The position numbers and the translations under genes were made by a program. The notes under the pieces were generated by a model. It made no database searches and was not told the origin of the DNA. It saw nothing but the letters and a program-made list of their open reading frames with translations. A DNA stretch of 64,000 nucleotides from an uncultured Smithella sp. (lineage in GTDB: Bacteria; Desulfobacterota; Syntrophia; Syntrophales; Smithellaceae): positions 5,442 to 69,441 of the forward strand of contig CAZJMX010000004.1 in the NCBI GenBank assembly GCA_964547345.1, in the 5' to 3' direction. This document shows, one piece after another, positions 19,304 through 28,157 of the stretch. Numbering within the stretch: position 1 is the stretch's first letter; each line of letters opens with the position of its first letter.

Positions 19304-20509
19304 CTATTTTTTGATCAGGTGAATCTTGTCTTTCCCCGGAATGTAGAAATTCGTCAGAGGAACATAGGTTCCATCTTCGCTCACTTTGACCATGCGCGCG
19401 GTAAATGAACCTTCGTGATTGTCTTTGGTATAGGTGACGGCCGGCGCCAGACCGCCGAAATCTTCGTTCTTGAAGGATTCCAGCGCGGCGTTGACAGTCG
19501 CCGGATTAATAACCTTGGACTTTTCATAAGCACGGATGAAGGCTCTTTCCATGATCATGCCGATAACGACGCCTTCCCAGTAAGCCGCGTCGAACGAATC
19601 CACGGTTTTGTATCTCTTCCAGAGTTCTTTCATAATTTCCATGCTCTTGGATTTATCCGAAGGCAGACCACCGGGAAACTGCATGACCAGACGATCGCGG
19701 ATCAGGCCTTTACCCATTTTGAAGAAATCCGGGTCTGTCGATGTCCAGGTTCCGAGGAAAACAGGTTCGTATTTGATGCGGTCGGCGCTTTTGAAAGCCG
19801 TGATGATGGCTGACGGCAGCATCTGGATAAAAACATATTCCGCACCGGCTTTCTGCAGACGCAAAAGCTCCGTGTTCAGATCCACCGTGCGGGGCGGAAA
19901 TTCTTCGATCGCGACCAGATTAATGCCCAATTGCGCCGCGTATTCCTTGCTGGGCGCGTGAATCGAACGACCGTAAGCGTTATTGTAGGTTAAAAGACCG
20001 ACCTTGGGCGCTTCCTTGTCTTTATGAATGGCTTTGATGTATTCCAGAACCGCGTGGCAGTCCATCTTATAGCTGCCGAAGGGCAAATACATGTAATCAA
20101 AAGGTTTGATGAGAATTTCCCAACTGGTGGAATAGTTAATGGTTGGAACTTTATACTCCTGGATGATGGGCTTTGCCGCAAGGCCCTCGCCTGCGCCCCA
20201 CGTGGCGATCATGTCCACTTTATCCTGCATCACGAATTTGCGGACGGCGGCCTGTGCTTCCGGTACTTTGTAGGCTGTGTCGATGGTGATCATGTCGATT
20301 TTGTGACCGGCCACGCCGCCTTTGACTTCGTTGACATACTGAAAATAGTCGCGCTGACCCTTTTCATGAAATTTCCCCCAGCTCGACGCCGGTCCCGTCA
20401 GATTGATCGCCGCACCGACTTTAATGGGCTTCTTTTCGGCTGCTGCTGTGCCAATGGTTAAAAACACAACCGCTGAAATTGCCAGTAGTAGGCTGCTCCA
20501 TCTCTTCAT
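19304..20509 (-). CDS. periplasmic substrate-binding protein of Liv-type ABC transporter (ligand unknown)
   Basis: The track ORF is 428 aa from 20590. I place the start at ATG 20509 (MKRWSSLLLAISAVVFLTIGTAAAEKK signal peptide), preceded by GAGGGGGATGG. Type-1 periplasmic binding protein fold family. Confidence 0.85.
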   Translation of the reverse strand: MKRWSSLLLAISAVVFLTIGTAAAEKKPIKVGAAINLTGPASSWGKFHEKGQRDYFQYVNEVKGGVAGHKIDMITIDTAYKVPEAQAAVRKFVMQDKVDMIATWGAGEGLAAKPIIQEYKVPTINYSTSWEILIKPFDYMYLPFGSYKMDCHAVLEYIKAIHKDKEAPKVGLLTYNNAYGRSIHAPSKEYAAQLGINLVAIEEFPPRTVDLNTELLRLQKAGAEYVFIQMLPSAIITAFKSADRIKYEPVFLGTWTSTDPDFFKMGKGLIRDRLVMQFPGGLPSDKSKSMEIMKELWKRYKTVDSFDAAYWEGVVIGMIMERAFIRAYEKSKVINPATVNAALESFKNEDFGGLAPAVTYTKDNHEGSFTARMVKVSEDGTYVPLTNFYIPGKDKIHLIKK

Positions 20510-20555
20510 TTTTCCATCCCCCTCATTTATTTTTTTAACGCGTCCCTTTTCCGAC

Positions 20556-20592
20556 AAAAAAAAACCGTGGACATGTTTTGATCTGCCCACGG
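20556..20592 (-). terminator. intrinsic-terminator-like hairpin inside the 5' leader of the importer operon (attenuator)
   Basis: Minus strand: CCGTGGGCA-GATCAAAACA-TGTCCACGG (9 bp with one G-U) followed by T9 (20564-20556). It ends 47 nt upstream of the binding-protein ATG. Confidence 0.6.
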
Positions 20593-20613
20593 TTCATTTC
20601 CCTTTTCGAACGG

Positions 20614-20709
20614 TCATGATACTTTCAGGCAGACCTTGAAGCTTTTAAAGCTAAAAAAGTAAAAATAGTAGTCAAATGCCTGATTAAATAATTTGTATTT
20701 CAACATCAT
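20614..20709 (-). CDS. candidate leader peptide, 31 aa, Phe/Tyr-rich (MMLKYKLFNQAFDYYFYFFSFKSFKVCLKVS)
   Basis: ATG-ATG at 20709 is preceded by AGAGGTG with a 7-nt spacer. 7 Phe and 4 Tyr in 31 codons. This is the 3' part of track ORF 20614..20814. Confidence 0.45.
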   Translation of the reverse strand: MMLKYKLFNQAFDYYFYFFSFKSFKVCLKVS

Positions 20710-20733
20710 TTTACTGCACCTCTTGCACGTGCG

Positions 20734-20762
20734 CATATAGGCAAATGACCGAAAAAAGTCAA
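20734..20762 (-). promoter_or_regulatory. sigma70-like promoter candidate for the leader/importer operon
   Basis: Minus strand: TTGACT (20762-20757), 17 nt, TATATG (20739-20734). The -10 is imperfect. Confidence 0.3.
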
Positions 20763-20777
20763 GAAAAAAAGTTGACT

Positions 20778-20798
20778 GGCATCTTTGAACCGGATGCC
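20778..20798 (-). terminator. weak terminator-like hairpin after gltA
   Basis: Minus strand: GGCATC-CGGTTCAAA-GATGCC directly after the gltA stop. The T7 run starts only 7 nt later, so this is a non-ideal terminator. Confidence 0.3.
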
Positions 20799-20800
20799 TT

Positions 20801-22090
20801 TTACCGTCTTTCATCCATCGGAAGATAGTGCCTCAAGGTGCTGCCGGTATAAATCTGCCGGGGGCGTCCGATTTTAAGCGGTACGGAATCGTGCATTTCT
20901 TTCCACTGGGCAATCATGCCCGGCAGACGTCCAATCGCAAACATGACGGTGAACATGTTTGTCGGAATGCCGATCATACGATATAAAATGCCGCTGTAGA
21001 AGTCGACATTGGGATAGAGCTTCCGCTCGATAAAGAAATCATCTTTTAACGCCGCGTCTTCCAGATCCATCGCGATGTTAATCAGCGGATCCTGATAGTT
21101 GTGCTTTTTAAAGATCGTTTCGCAGTATTTTTTTAAAATTCTGGCGCGCGGATCATGATTTTTGTAAACGCGATGGCCGAATCCGAACAGGCGGAACTTG
21201 CTGTTTTTATCTTTGGCCGATTCTATACATGACGCAATCGAAAGGTTGCTTGCTTGAATTTCTTCCAACATTTCGATCACTTTTTGATTGGCGCCGCCAT
21301 GCAGCGGCCCCCACAACGCACAAATGCCTGCGCAGATGGATGAATAGAGGTTGACCATGCTGCTTCCCACCAAACGGACGGTGGAGGTTGAACAGTTTTG
21401 CTCATGGTCGGCATGCAGGATCAATAACGTGGACAGAGCCCGTTCCATGTCGGGATCCGGCACATAAGGGTTCACCGGCGAGTCGAACATCATATAAAGA
21501 AAATTGGAGGCGTATTTCAGGTCACGTTTGGGATACACGTGCGGTTCGCCGATACTGTGTTTATAAGAATAAGCCGCAACGGTCCGGATTCTGGATATCA
21601 GAGAGGCGGCCATCAAATCGAATTTTTCAGCCTCAAAATCTTCCGTGTAGTAATCCGTATAATAAACCGACAGGGAGTTGACCATCGTGCCCAGAATAGC
21701 CATCGGATGCGCCGTGGGAGGAAATCCGTCAAAGAAACGCAGCATCTCTTCGTGAATCATGGAGTTCTGTGTGAGTCTTTGAGAAAACAACTGTTGTTCG
21801 GTTTTATTAGGGAGATTCCCGTAAATCAGAAGATAGGCGACTTCAGAAAAGCTGGCTTTTTCGGCCAGTTCTTCAATGGGAATACCGCGGTATCTTAATA
21901 CTCCTTTGTCTCCGTCGATAAAAGTAATGGCCGATGTGCACGACCCTGTATTCTGATAACCGACATCAAGGGTGATCAGATCAGTTTCCTGACGTAATTT
22001 GGATATATCGACAGCTCTTTCCCCTTCACTGCCGCAAATAACAGGCATTTCGTGGGTCACTCCGTTAAATAATAATGTTGCTTTGTCCAT
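20801..22090 (-). CDS. gltA: citrate synthase
   Basis: Motifs HADHEQNCSTSTVR, GPLHGGAN, GFGHRVYKNHDPRA. Start chosen at ATG 22090 (MDKATLL), with GGAGA 7 nt upstream. The track ORF starts at 22111. Confidence 0.93.
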   Translation of the reverse strand: MDKATLLFNGVTHEMPVICGSEGERAVDISKLRQETDLITLDVGYQNTGSCTSAITFIDGDKGVLRYRGIPIEELAEKASFSEVAYLLIYGNLPNKTEQQLFSQRLTQNSMIHEEMLRFFDGFPPTAHPMAILGTMVNSLSVYYTDYYTEDFEAEKFDLMAASLISRIRTVAAYSYKHSIGEPHVYPKRDLKYASNFLYMMFDSPVNPYVPDPDMERALSTLLILHADHEQNCSTSTVRLVGSSMVNLYSSICAGICALWGPLHGGANQKVIEMLEEIQASNLSIASCIESAKDKNSKFRLFGFGHRVYKNHDPRARILKKYCETIFKKHNYQDPLINIAMDLEDAALKDDFFIERKLYPNVDFYSGILYRMIGIPTNMFTVMFAIGRLPGMIAQWKEMHDSVPLKIGRPRQIYTGSTLRHYLPMDERR

Positions 22091-22127
22091 TCTTTGTCTC
22101 CGGTAATTCATTAAAAGGTTGTCAAGT

Positions 22128-23798
22128 TTATGTTATGCCGGAAATATTTCCGCTATCATCGATGTTAATGTTGTTGGCTGCCGGAACTTTGGAGAGCCCT
22201 GGCATCCGCAGAATTTCTCCCGTAATCGGTATCAAAAATCCCGCGCCGGAGGCGATTTTGATTTCCCTGACGGTGACGATAAAATCCCTGGGCAGTCCTA
22301 GCAGGCTCGGATTGTCCGAAAGTGACTGCTGGGTTTTAGCAATACACACCGGCAGTCTGTCGTAACCGATTTTCTTGATTTGATCAAGATTGCGTCTCGC
22401 CTGCGGCTGGTAATCGATGGACACCGCGCCGTAAATTTCGCTTGCCACTTTGAATATTTTGTCTTCCACGGGCAAATCCCAGTCATACAGAGGCTTAAAT
22501 TTCTCTTGGGACTGTGAAATAATTTGAACCGTCTTTTCAGCCAGCTCTATTCCGCCCTCGCCGCCTTGCCTGAATATATCCGCCGATGCGATGTTCATCC
22601 CTTCATTTTCCGCAGCTTCCACGACAGCGCGAATTTCGTCATCGGAATCGTATGAAAAACGGTTCAAGGCGATGATACAGGGCACATGGAACTTGTCGAT
22701 ATTTTCATAGTGCTTGCGAAGATTGGCCATACCTAGAACGGCGGCGCGGGGATTGGGTTCGCCCAGTTCTTCACGGGCGATTCCGGCGTGATATTTCAGC
22801 GCCCGGACCGTAGCGACCAGAACCACAATCCTCGGATTCAAATTGCCATAGGGTGCAACAATATCAAAAAACTTTTCCGCACCCAGATCAAAGCCGAATC
22901 CGGCTTCGGTTACAACATAATCCGCAAGACGCAATGCCAGGTCCGTACCCATGATGCTGTTGGTGCCCTGCGCAATATTGGCAAAAGGGCCGCCGTGAAT
23001 AATAGCCGGTACGCCTTCTGTTGTCTGCACCAGATTAGGCAGAAGTGCGTATTTTAATAACGCGGTTACCGCGCCTTCCACTTTCAGATCGCCCGCGATG
23101 ACCGGTTGGTCGTCATAGGTAAACCCCACCAGCGTTTTTCGAATCTTGTCCTTCAATTCTGCATAAGAGCGTGAAAGGCACAAGATGGCCATAATCTCGC
23201 TGGACGGAACAATATCGAATCCTGTTTCGCGGGGAACGCCGTTGGTGGAGCCGCCCAAACCGATTACAATGTCCCGAAGCGAGCGGTCATTCATGTCCAA
23301 AACCCTGCGCCAGGTTATTTTGCGTGGATCGATATTCAGGGGATTGCCGTGGAAAATGGAATTATCGATAATCGCCGATAAAAGGTTGTGGGCGCTTTCC
23401 ACCGCCGGAAAGTCATTGGTGAAGTGCAGATTGATATCGTCCACCGGATGGACGCGGGAGAGACCGCCGCCGGTTGCGCCGCCCTTCAATCCGAACACCG
23501 GCCCGAGTGACGGTTCGCGAAGGGCCGCCATGGTGCGCTTGCCGATTTTGGCCAAAGCCTGCGCAAGCCCAATGGAGACGGTGGTCTTTCCTTCACCGGC
23601 AGGTGTCGGCGTCATGGCCGAAACCAGAATCAGTGCGGAATCCTTCCGACGTTCGAATTTTTCAATGGCTTCGAGCCTGACCTTGGCCTTGTAACGGCCG
23701 TAGAATTCCAGATCATCTTCATGAAGCCCGATTGAGGAGGCAATGTCGACAATCGGCTGCAATTTTATTCCAGGGGCTTGTTTGAGAGTTTTCTTCAT
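22128..23798 (-). CDS. fhs: formate-tetrahydrofolate ligase
   Basis: 556 aa. MTPTPAGEGKTT P-loop, EPSLGPVFGLKGGATGGG, GGPFANIAQGTNS. Confidence 0.95.
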   Translation of the reverse strand: MKKTLKQAPGIKLQPIVDIASSIGLHEDDLEFYGRYKAKVRLEAIEKFERRKDSALILVSAMTPTPAGEGKTTVSIGLAQALAKIGKRTMAALREPSLGPVFGLKGGATGGGLSRVHPVDDINLHFTNDFPAVESAHNLLSAIIDNSIFHGNPLNIDPRKITWRRVLDMNDRSLRDIVIGLGGSTNGVPRETGFDIVPSSEIMAILCLSRSYAELKDKIRKTLVGFTYDDQPVIAGDLKVEGAVTALLKYALLPNLVQTTEGVPAIIHGGPFANIAQGTNSIMGTDLALRLADYVVTEAGFGFDLGAEKFFDIVAPYGNLNPRIVVLVATVRALKYHAGIAREELGEPNPRAAVLGMANLRKHYENIDKFHVPCIIALNRFSYDSDDEIRAVVEAAENEGMNIASADIFRQGGEGGIELAEKTVQIISQSQEKFKPLYDWDLPVEDKIFKVASEIYGAVSIDYQPQARRNLDQIKKIGYDRLPVCIAKTQQSLSDNPSLLGLPRDFIVTVREIKIASGAGFLIPITGEILRMPGLSKVPAANNINIDDSGNISGIT

Positions 23799-23802
23799 AA
23801 CG

Positions 23803-24342
23803 CTACTTGTTGATCACAGCGTCGAAACGAATATCGATGTTGTATTCGTCACTGATCCGGTTGAAATCATTTTTAAGATCGAGAATTTTAACGGTGGGCG
23901 GCAGTGCAAAATAACAGACCATCTGAAACGTGTTGGCCCCCGTCATGGGATTATTATCGACGTTTGTGGAAATGTCGTCAACGTTGACACCTCGCGCCTG
24001 GAGCGCTTTGCATATCTGATGGATGATACCGGGGTGATCAATCGATGTGGCGATAAGCTTGTAGGGAATAGACGGCAAGATGTCGCGATGCCCCGGTGCT
24101 TTGGTCTTTCGAACATAGATGTCGAGATTTGTTTTTTTCCGCAGGCTGTCCAGATCGGAAATCAGCCGCTCGATATCGTCGGTTTTGCCCGATGTGAGAA
24201 TGATCATTCCAAATTCGTTGCCCAGCACGCAGCCGCGGGAGCGCTCGATATTAATGCCCCGCGCCGTGAAGAACTCGGCAATTTCTCTGGCCAGACCGGG
24301 ACGATCCGGTCCCATCGATGAAACAACAACATATGATCTCAT
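23803..24342 (-). CDS. two-ACT-domain protein, glycine-cleavage-repressor (GcvR)-like
   Basis: 179 aa. VVSSMGPDRPGLAREIAEFFTARGINI and ATSIDHPGIIHQICKALQARGVNV are two ACT-type beta-alpha starts. It ends 4 nt before fhs. Confidence 0.7.
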   Translation of the reverse strand: MRSYVVVSSMGPDRPGLAREIAEFFTARGINIERSRGCVLGNEFGMIILTSGKTDDIERLISDLDSLRKKTNLDIYVRKTKAPGHRDILPSIPYKLIATSIDHPGIIHQICKALQARGVNVDDISTNVDNNPMTGANTFQMVCYFALPPTVKILDLKNDFNRISDEYNIDIRFDAVINK

Positions 24343-24505
24343 AGGCCCTCTCCATCTTGATAATGTATCGACATGGCTTGCAAAATATATAACGATTGTC
24401 TCTTACTACACCCGATTGAAATGTCAAGCAAAAGGAAAACAAGACCGAAGTAAACATTGACAAACACCCGCTGGAAACATAAGAGACTCTTTCGAGGACA
24501 CGAGG

Positions 24506-25165
24506 ATGGTTAACGTACAGGAAAATCCGCCATACGGTTTTTGGGAAGAATTGCTAAACAGCATCACCCACGGTGCAGGTGTTGTATTGAGTGTTGCGGC
24601 GCTGGTTTTGCTGATTGTTTTCTCGAATCTATACGGCGGCGTCCGACATGTGGTGAGCTGTACAATATTCGGCGTCACGCTTATTTTACTGTATTCGGCC
24701 TCTACGCTATACCACAGCGCCCAAAAGCCGCGCCTTAAAAGGGTATTTAAAATATTAGATCATTCCTGCATTTATCTGCTCATTGCCGGAACCTACACAC
24801 CCTTTCTGCTCGTTGTCCTGCATGGCGTCCTGGGGTGGACGTTGTTCGGCATCATCTGGTTTCTGGCGGCTTCCGGGGTCATCTTTAAGATTTTTTTCGT
24901 GCATCGTTTTAAAATGGTATCCACCATCACCTATGTTTTCATGGGCTGGATCATCATTTTTGCTATTAAACCCCTGGTGGATACGCTTCCTGCCGGAGGA
25001 GTTGTATGGCTCGTTGCAGGCGGTCTTTCCTATACGTTGGGCGTGATATTTTACGCTTGGAACAGACTACCCTTTAATCATGCAATCTGGCATCTTTTTG
25101 TCCTGGGTGGAAGTGCCTGCCATTTCTTCGCCGTCATTTTTTATGTCTTGCCTGCGGCTTCCTAA
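24506..25165 (+). CDS. hemolysin III / PAQR family membrane protein
   Basis: 219 aa, 7 TM. NSITHG, STLYHS, LDHSCIYLLIAGTYTPF, HAIWHLFVLGG. Confidence 0.88.
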   Translation: MVNVQENPPYGFWEELLNSITHGAGVVLSVAALVLLIVFSNLYGGVRHVVSCTIFGVTLILLYSASTLYHSAQKPRLKRVFKILDHSCIYLLIAGTYTPFLLVVLHGVLGWTLFGIIWFLAASGVIFKIFFVHRFKMVSTITYVFMGWIIIFAIKPLVDTLPAGGVVWLVAGGLSYTLGVIFYAWNRLPFNHAIWHLFVLGGSACHFFAVIFYVLPAAS

Positions 25166-25255
25166 AGAGGCGAAAACCGGCTTGAATTATCAATTTTTAA
25201 ATGTTAGAAACGGTCATATTTTATTTAAACAGTCAATCACTGCGGGGAGACCAAC

Positions 25256-26959
25256 ATGAAGAAAAATATTAAGATTTTGCTTTGCCTGACACTCATTGTG
25301 CTTACGGCTCATACCCTTTGGGCCAAGGACAAATACACGGTAACCGTATTGCCTTTTTCCGTGCACAGCTCTGAAAATATTGAATATGTGCGCCAGGGGA
25401 TCGGCGATATGCTGGTCAGCCGGATATCCGTATCCAATAAAATTGAAGTCACAGGCAAGGACATCGTTTCTGATATTCTCAAAAAAACAGGCGCCAAAGA
25501 GTTGAATCTGGCGGACGTGCAAAATATCGGCCTGCAGTTGAAATCCGATTATGTCGTCTGGGGCAGCATCACCAAAATCGGCCAAAGCATCAGCATTGAC
25601 GGAAAACTGGTTGATGTCGCAGGTGGTAAATCGGATATCGGCATCTTTTCCCAGTCGCAAACACTCGATGACGTTATTCCGAAAATCAACGATTTTTCAC
25701 AGCGCATCGTCGGACACATTATCGGGGCAACACCGCAGGCCGTATCACCCGTTGTGTCTGCAGCGCCGGTAGTCACTCCACCTTTGCCTCCCGGTGCATC
25801 GCGTGAAGCTCAAATCATATCCGGTATGAAGGCGGGTGGCAAGAAGGGAACCCTCACGTCGATGATCAATCCCGACTTCATCAATGCTCAGGATCCGTTA
25901 ACCCGCAAAGGATTTTGGATGAGCCAAAAAGTTAAAGCGGAATTCAAAGGAATGGATATCGGCGATGTCAATAAAGATGGTCAAAACGAGATCGTAGTCA
26001 TTGATCAGCACAATGTCTTCATCTACCAGAAAACCAGTGATAACCTGAAATTGATAAAAAAGATCGATGGGAAAAAGTATCTCAACTACATTTCCGTCGA
26101 TGTAGCGGATATCAATAAAAACGGCATTCCGGAAATAATCGTCACAGCGCTCAATGATCGAACGCTCACCTCATTTGTGATCGAGTATAAAGACGGAAAT
26201 TTCGTAACAATCGCTTCCGACATCAGGTATTTCATGCGCGTTGTCGATACGGCGTCAGGCATCCCTCTGCTTTTGGGACAGTCCTACGGCATCGACAAAG
26301 TATTTGAAACGCAGATTTATGAAATCGTCTATCAAAATGGCCAATACATTTCCGGCGATAAGATGAAATTCCCCATGGGACTGTCCGTTTACGGGCTGAC
26401 CCTGGACACACTCGGTTCGGGAACCAGCGATAAGATTATCGCACTGGATGAACTCGACTATTTGTGCGTCATCGGACAAACAACCAAAACCATGACACGC
26501 ATTCTGTCCTTCGGCTTTTCTCCGGATGAACTGATCTGGAGAAGCGATGTGGTCTATGGCGGCAGCAACAATTACATTGCCAATTTTGACAAACAAAAAT
26601 CCTCGGAAGCCACCCCCGCGGACAGTGCATTTGCCAATTTGCGCATTCTCACTTACGACACGAATAAAGACGGCAAGAAAGAAGTTATTATTGTCAAAAA
26701 TCTTTCTGCCATCGGTCGTGTGTTTAAAAACATCAAAATGTTTACCTCCAGCGAAGTATATAACCTGGAATGGGATGGTTTGGGAATGGCGGAGAACTGG
26801 CGCACCAAAAAGATTAATGGATACGTCGCCGATTACGCCCTGAAGGACGTGGACAACGACGGCAAACCAGAACTGGTGCTGGCGTTGGTTCAGTCGGTTG
26901 GAGCGTCCGTATCCGATCGAAGCGTTATTGTTGTTTATCAAATGGACGTGTCTCAATAG
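25256..26959 (+). CDS. secreted FG-GAP/VCBS-repeat protein with LpoB/TolB-N-like N-terminal domain
   Basis: 567 aa with a signal peptide. Four D-x-N-x-D-G-x-x-E repeats (DVNKDGQNEIVV, DINKNGIPEIIV, DTNKDGKKEVII, DVDNDGKPELVL). The N-terminal TVTVLPFSVHS...GIGDMLVSRIS is reminiscent of LpoB-like modules. Confidence 0.6.
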   Translation: MKKNIKILLCLTLIVLTAHTLWAKDKYTVTVLPFSVHSSENIEYVRQGIGDMLVSRISVSNKIEVTGKDIVSDILKKTGAKELNLADVQNIGLQLKSDYVVWGSITKIGQSISIDGKLVDVAGGKSDIGIFSQSQTLDDVIPKINDFSQRIVGHIIGATPQAVSPVVSAAPVVTPPLPPGASREAQIISGMKAGGKKGTLTSMINPDFINAQDPLTRKGFWMSQKVKAEFKGMDIGDVNKDGQNEIVVIDQHNVFIYQKTSDNLKLIKKIDGKKYLNYISVDVADINKNGIPEIIVTALNDRTLTSFVIEYKDGNFVTIASDIRYFMRVVDTASGIPLLLGQSYGIDKVFETQIYEIVYQNGQYISGDKMKFPMGLSVYGLTLDTLGSGTSDKIIALDELDYLCVIGQTTKTMTRILSFGFSPDELIWRSDVVYGGSNNYIANFDKQKSSEATPADSAFANLRILTYDTNKDGKKEVIIVKNLSAIGRVFKNIKMFTSSEVYNLEWDGLGMAENWRTKKINGYVADYALKDVDNDGKPELVLALVQSVGASVSDRSVIVVYQMDVSQ

Positions 26960-26962
26960 TTA

Positions 26963-26991
26963 TTGACAAAGTCATCGCACTTCGGTATAGC
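26963..26991 (+). promoter_or_regulatory. sigma70-like promoter candidate for tRNA-Met
   Basis: TTGACA (26963-26968), 17 nt, TATAGC (26986-26991), about 48 nt before the tRNA 5' end. Confidence 0.4.
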
Positions 26992-27039
26992 GTCGGGGCG
27001 TTTCGGCATCCGTGATGTTTGCGGATTCGTCCTTAAAGA

Positions 27040-27116
27040 GGCGGTGTAGCTCAGCTGGTTAGAGCATACGGCTCATATCCGTAGTGTCCGGGGTTCAATT
27101 CCCTGCACCGCCACCA
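27040..27116 (+). tRNA. tRNA with CAU anticodon (elongator tRNA-Met, or tRNA-Ile2 if lysidinylated), CCA encoded
   Basis: Cloverleaf folded by hand: acceptor GGCGGTG/CACCGCC, D arm GCTC-AGCTGGTTA-GAGC, anticodon arm TACGG-CTCATAT-CCGTA, T arm CGGGG-TTCAATT-CCCTG. G1-C72 is paired, so it is not an initiator. Confidence 0.9.
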
Positions 27117-27124
27117 AAGATCAC

Positions 27125-27158
27125 AGCCCCGGCCTTGTTTTAAGGAGGGGCTTTTTTT
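27125..27158 (+). terminator. rho-independent terminator after tRNA-Met
   Basis: AGCCCC-GG-CCTT-GTTT-AAGG-A-GGGGCT followed by T7. Confidence 0.6.
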
Positions 27159-27169
27159 CAGAATAATCC

Positions 27170-28147
27170 ATGATCGCTCAATCACACGATAATGATTCGA
27201 CCTTTAGACCGCGCTTTTTTCTCAGAAACCGCCATGTTCAATCGCTTCTGGCCAGCGTAAAACTTCTGACCCCGCCCCATCGGGCCCTGCTTGAAAATTC
27301 CCGCTACAGGGTTGTGGAAACAGCGCAAGGCTCGAAATTACTGGCCTGCTTTTCTCGCGCACCGAATTCACGAGGCCTGATCATTATCCTTCATGGCTGG
27401 GAAGGATCTTCCTCATCCGCCTATGTCATGGCCGCCGCCTCTTTCTTTTATAAGCGGGACTTTTCCGTGTGCCGTTTAAATCTCAGGGACCACGGCGAAT
27501 CTCATCATCTCAATGAAGGCCTTTTTCACGGCGCACTTCTCGAAGAAACCTTTGACGCCGTTAAGATCCTGTCTTCGCAAGCCGATGGTCTCCCCGTTTA
27601 CCTGCTCGGTTTTTCGATGGGCGCCAATTTCTGCCTTCGCATCGCCATGAAACACGGGCAGACGCCGGTCCCCAATCTCAAGGGCGTGTTTGCCGTCAGC
27701 CCGCCGCTCGACCCCTATAAGACGACGCTGGCGATTGATCAGGGACCTTCATTCTACCGCAAGTATTTTCTGAAAAAATGGAAGCGATCACTGCAAACGA
27801 AACAAAAGCTATTTCCGAATAAGTACAACTTTACGGAAATGTTGCGCGCCCAAACCTGCATGGAGCTGACCGCCGACATTATGAAATATTACCCGGAATT
27901 TCCTTCTTACCGCGATTACTTCAAATTATATACGCTCGAACGCACTTCCTTTCAAAATCTCAATTTGCCGGTAAGCATTATCATTGCCCATGATGATCCG
28001 GTCATTCCCTTTGAGGATTTCAACTCCCTGTGCGAAAGTGATTTTCTGAAAATTACACGGCAGCCTTTTGGCGGCCATTGCGGCTTTATTGATTTATTCC
28101 CCTATCGGCGCTGGTATCATGATGCGATTTGGGACATGCTAAAGTAA
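27170..28147 (+). CDS. alpha/beta-fold hydrolase, YheT/ABHD1-3-like
   Basis: 325 aa. IIILHGWEGSSSSAY, nucleophile elbow GFSMGAN, C-terminal GGHCGF. Confidence 0.75.
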   Translation: MIAQSHDNDSTFRPRFFLRNRHVQSLLASVKLLTPPHRALLENSRYRVVETAQGSKLLACFSRAPNSRGLIIILHGWEGSSSSAYVMAAASFFYKRDFSVCRLNLRDHGESHHLNEGLFHGALLEETFDAVKILSSQADGLPVYLLGFSMGANFCLRIAMKHGQTPVPNLKGVFAVSPPLDPYKTTLAIDQGPSFYRKYFLKKWKRSLQTKQKLFPNKYNFTEMLRAQTCMELTADIMKYYPEFPSYRDYFKLYTLERTSFQNLNLPVSIIIAHDDPVIPFEDFNSLCESDFLKITRQPFGGHCGFIDLFPYRRWYHDAIWDMLK

Positions 28148-28157
28148 TCAGGCAGAA

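Noticed and set aside
20614-20814. 66-aa minus-strand ORF in the track (MKDGKRHPVQ...)
   Set aside because: Its first half lies inside the 3' end of gltA and upstream of the promoter-like element. Only the last 31 codons, starting at the SD-preceded ATG-ATG (20709), make sense, and then as a leader peptide.
26255-26956. 233-aa antisense ORF opposite the FG-GAP gene. The same phenomenon is seen at 9033..9641, 23743..24321, 47842..48540 and 58018..58782.
   Set aside because: These are codon-aligned antisense frames of well-supported genes. The composition is typical of antisense translation, and there are no RBS or recognisable motifs. I treat them as a by-product of low TTA/CTA/TCA usage. Only the proS case is extreme enough to report.
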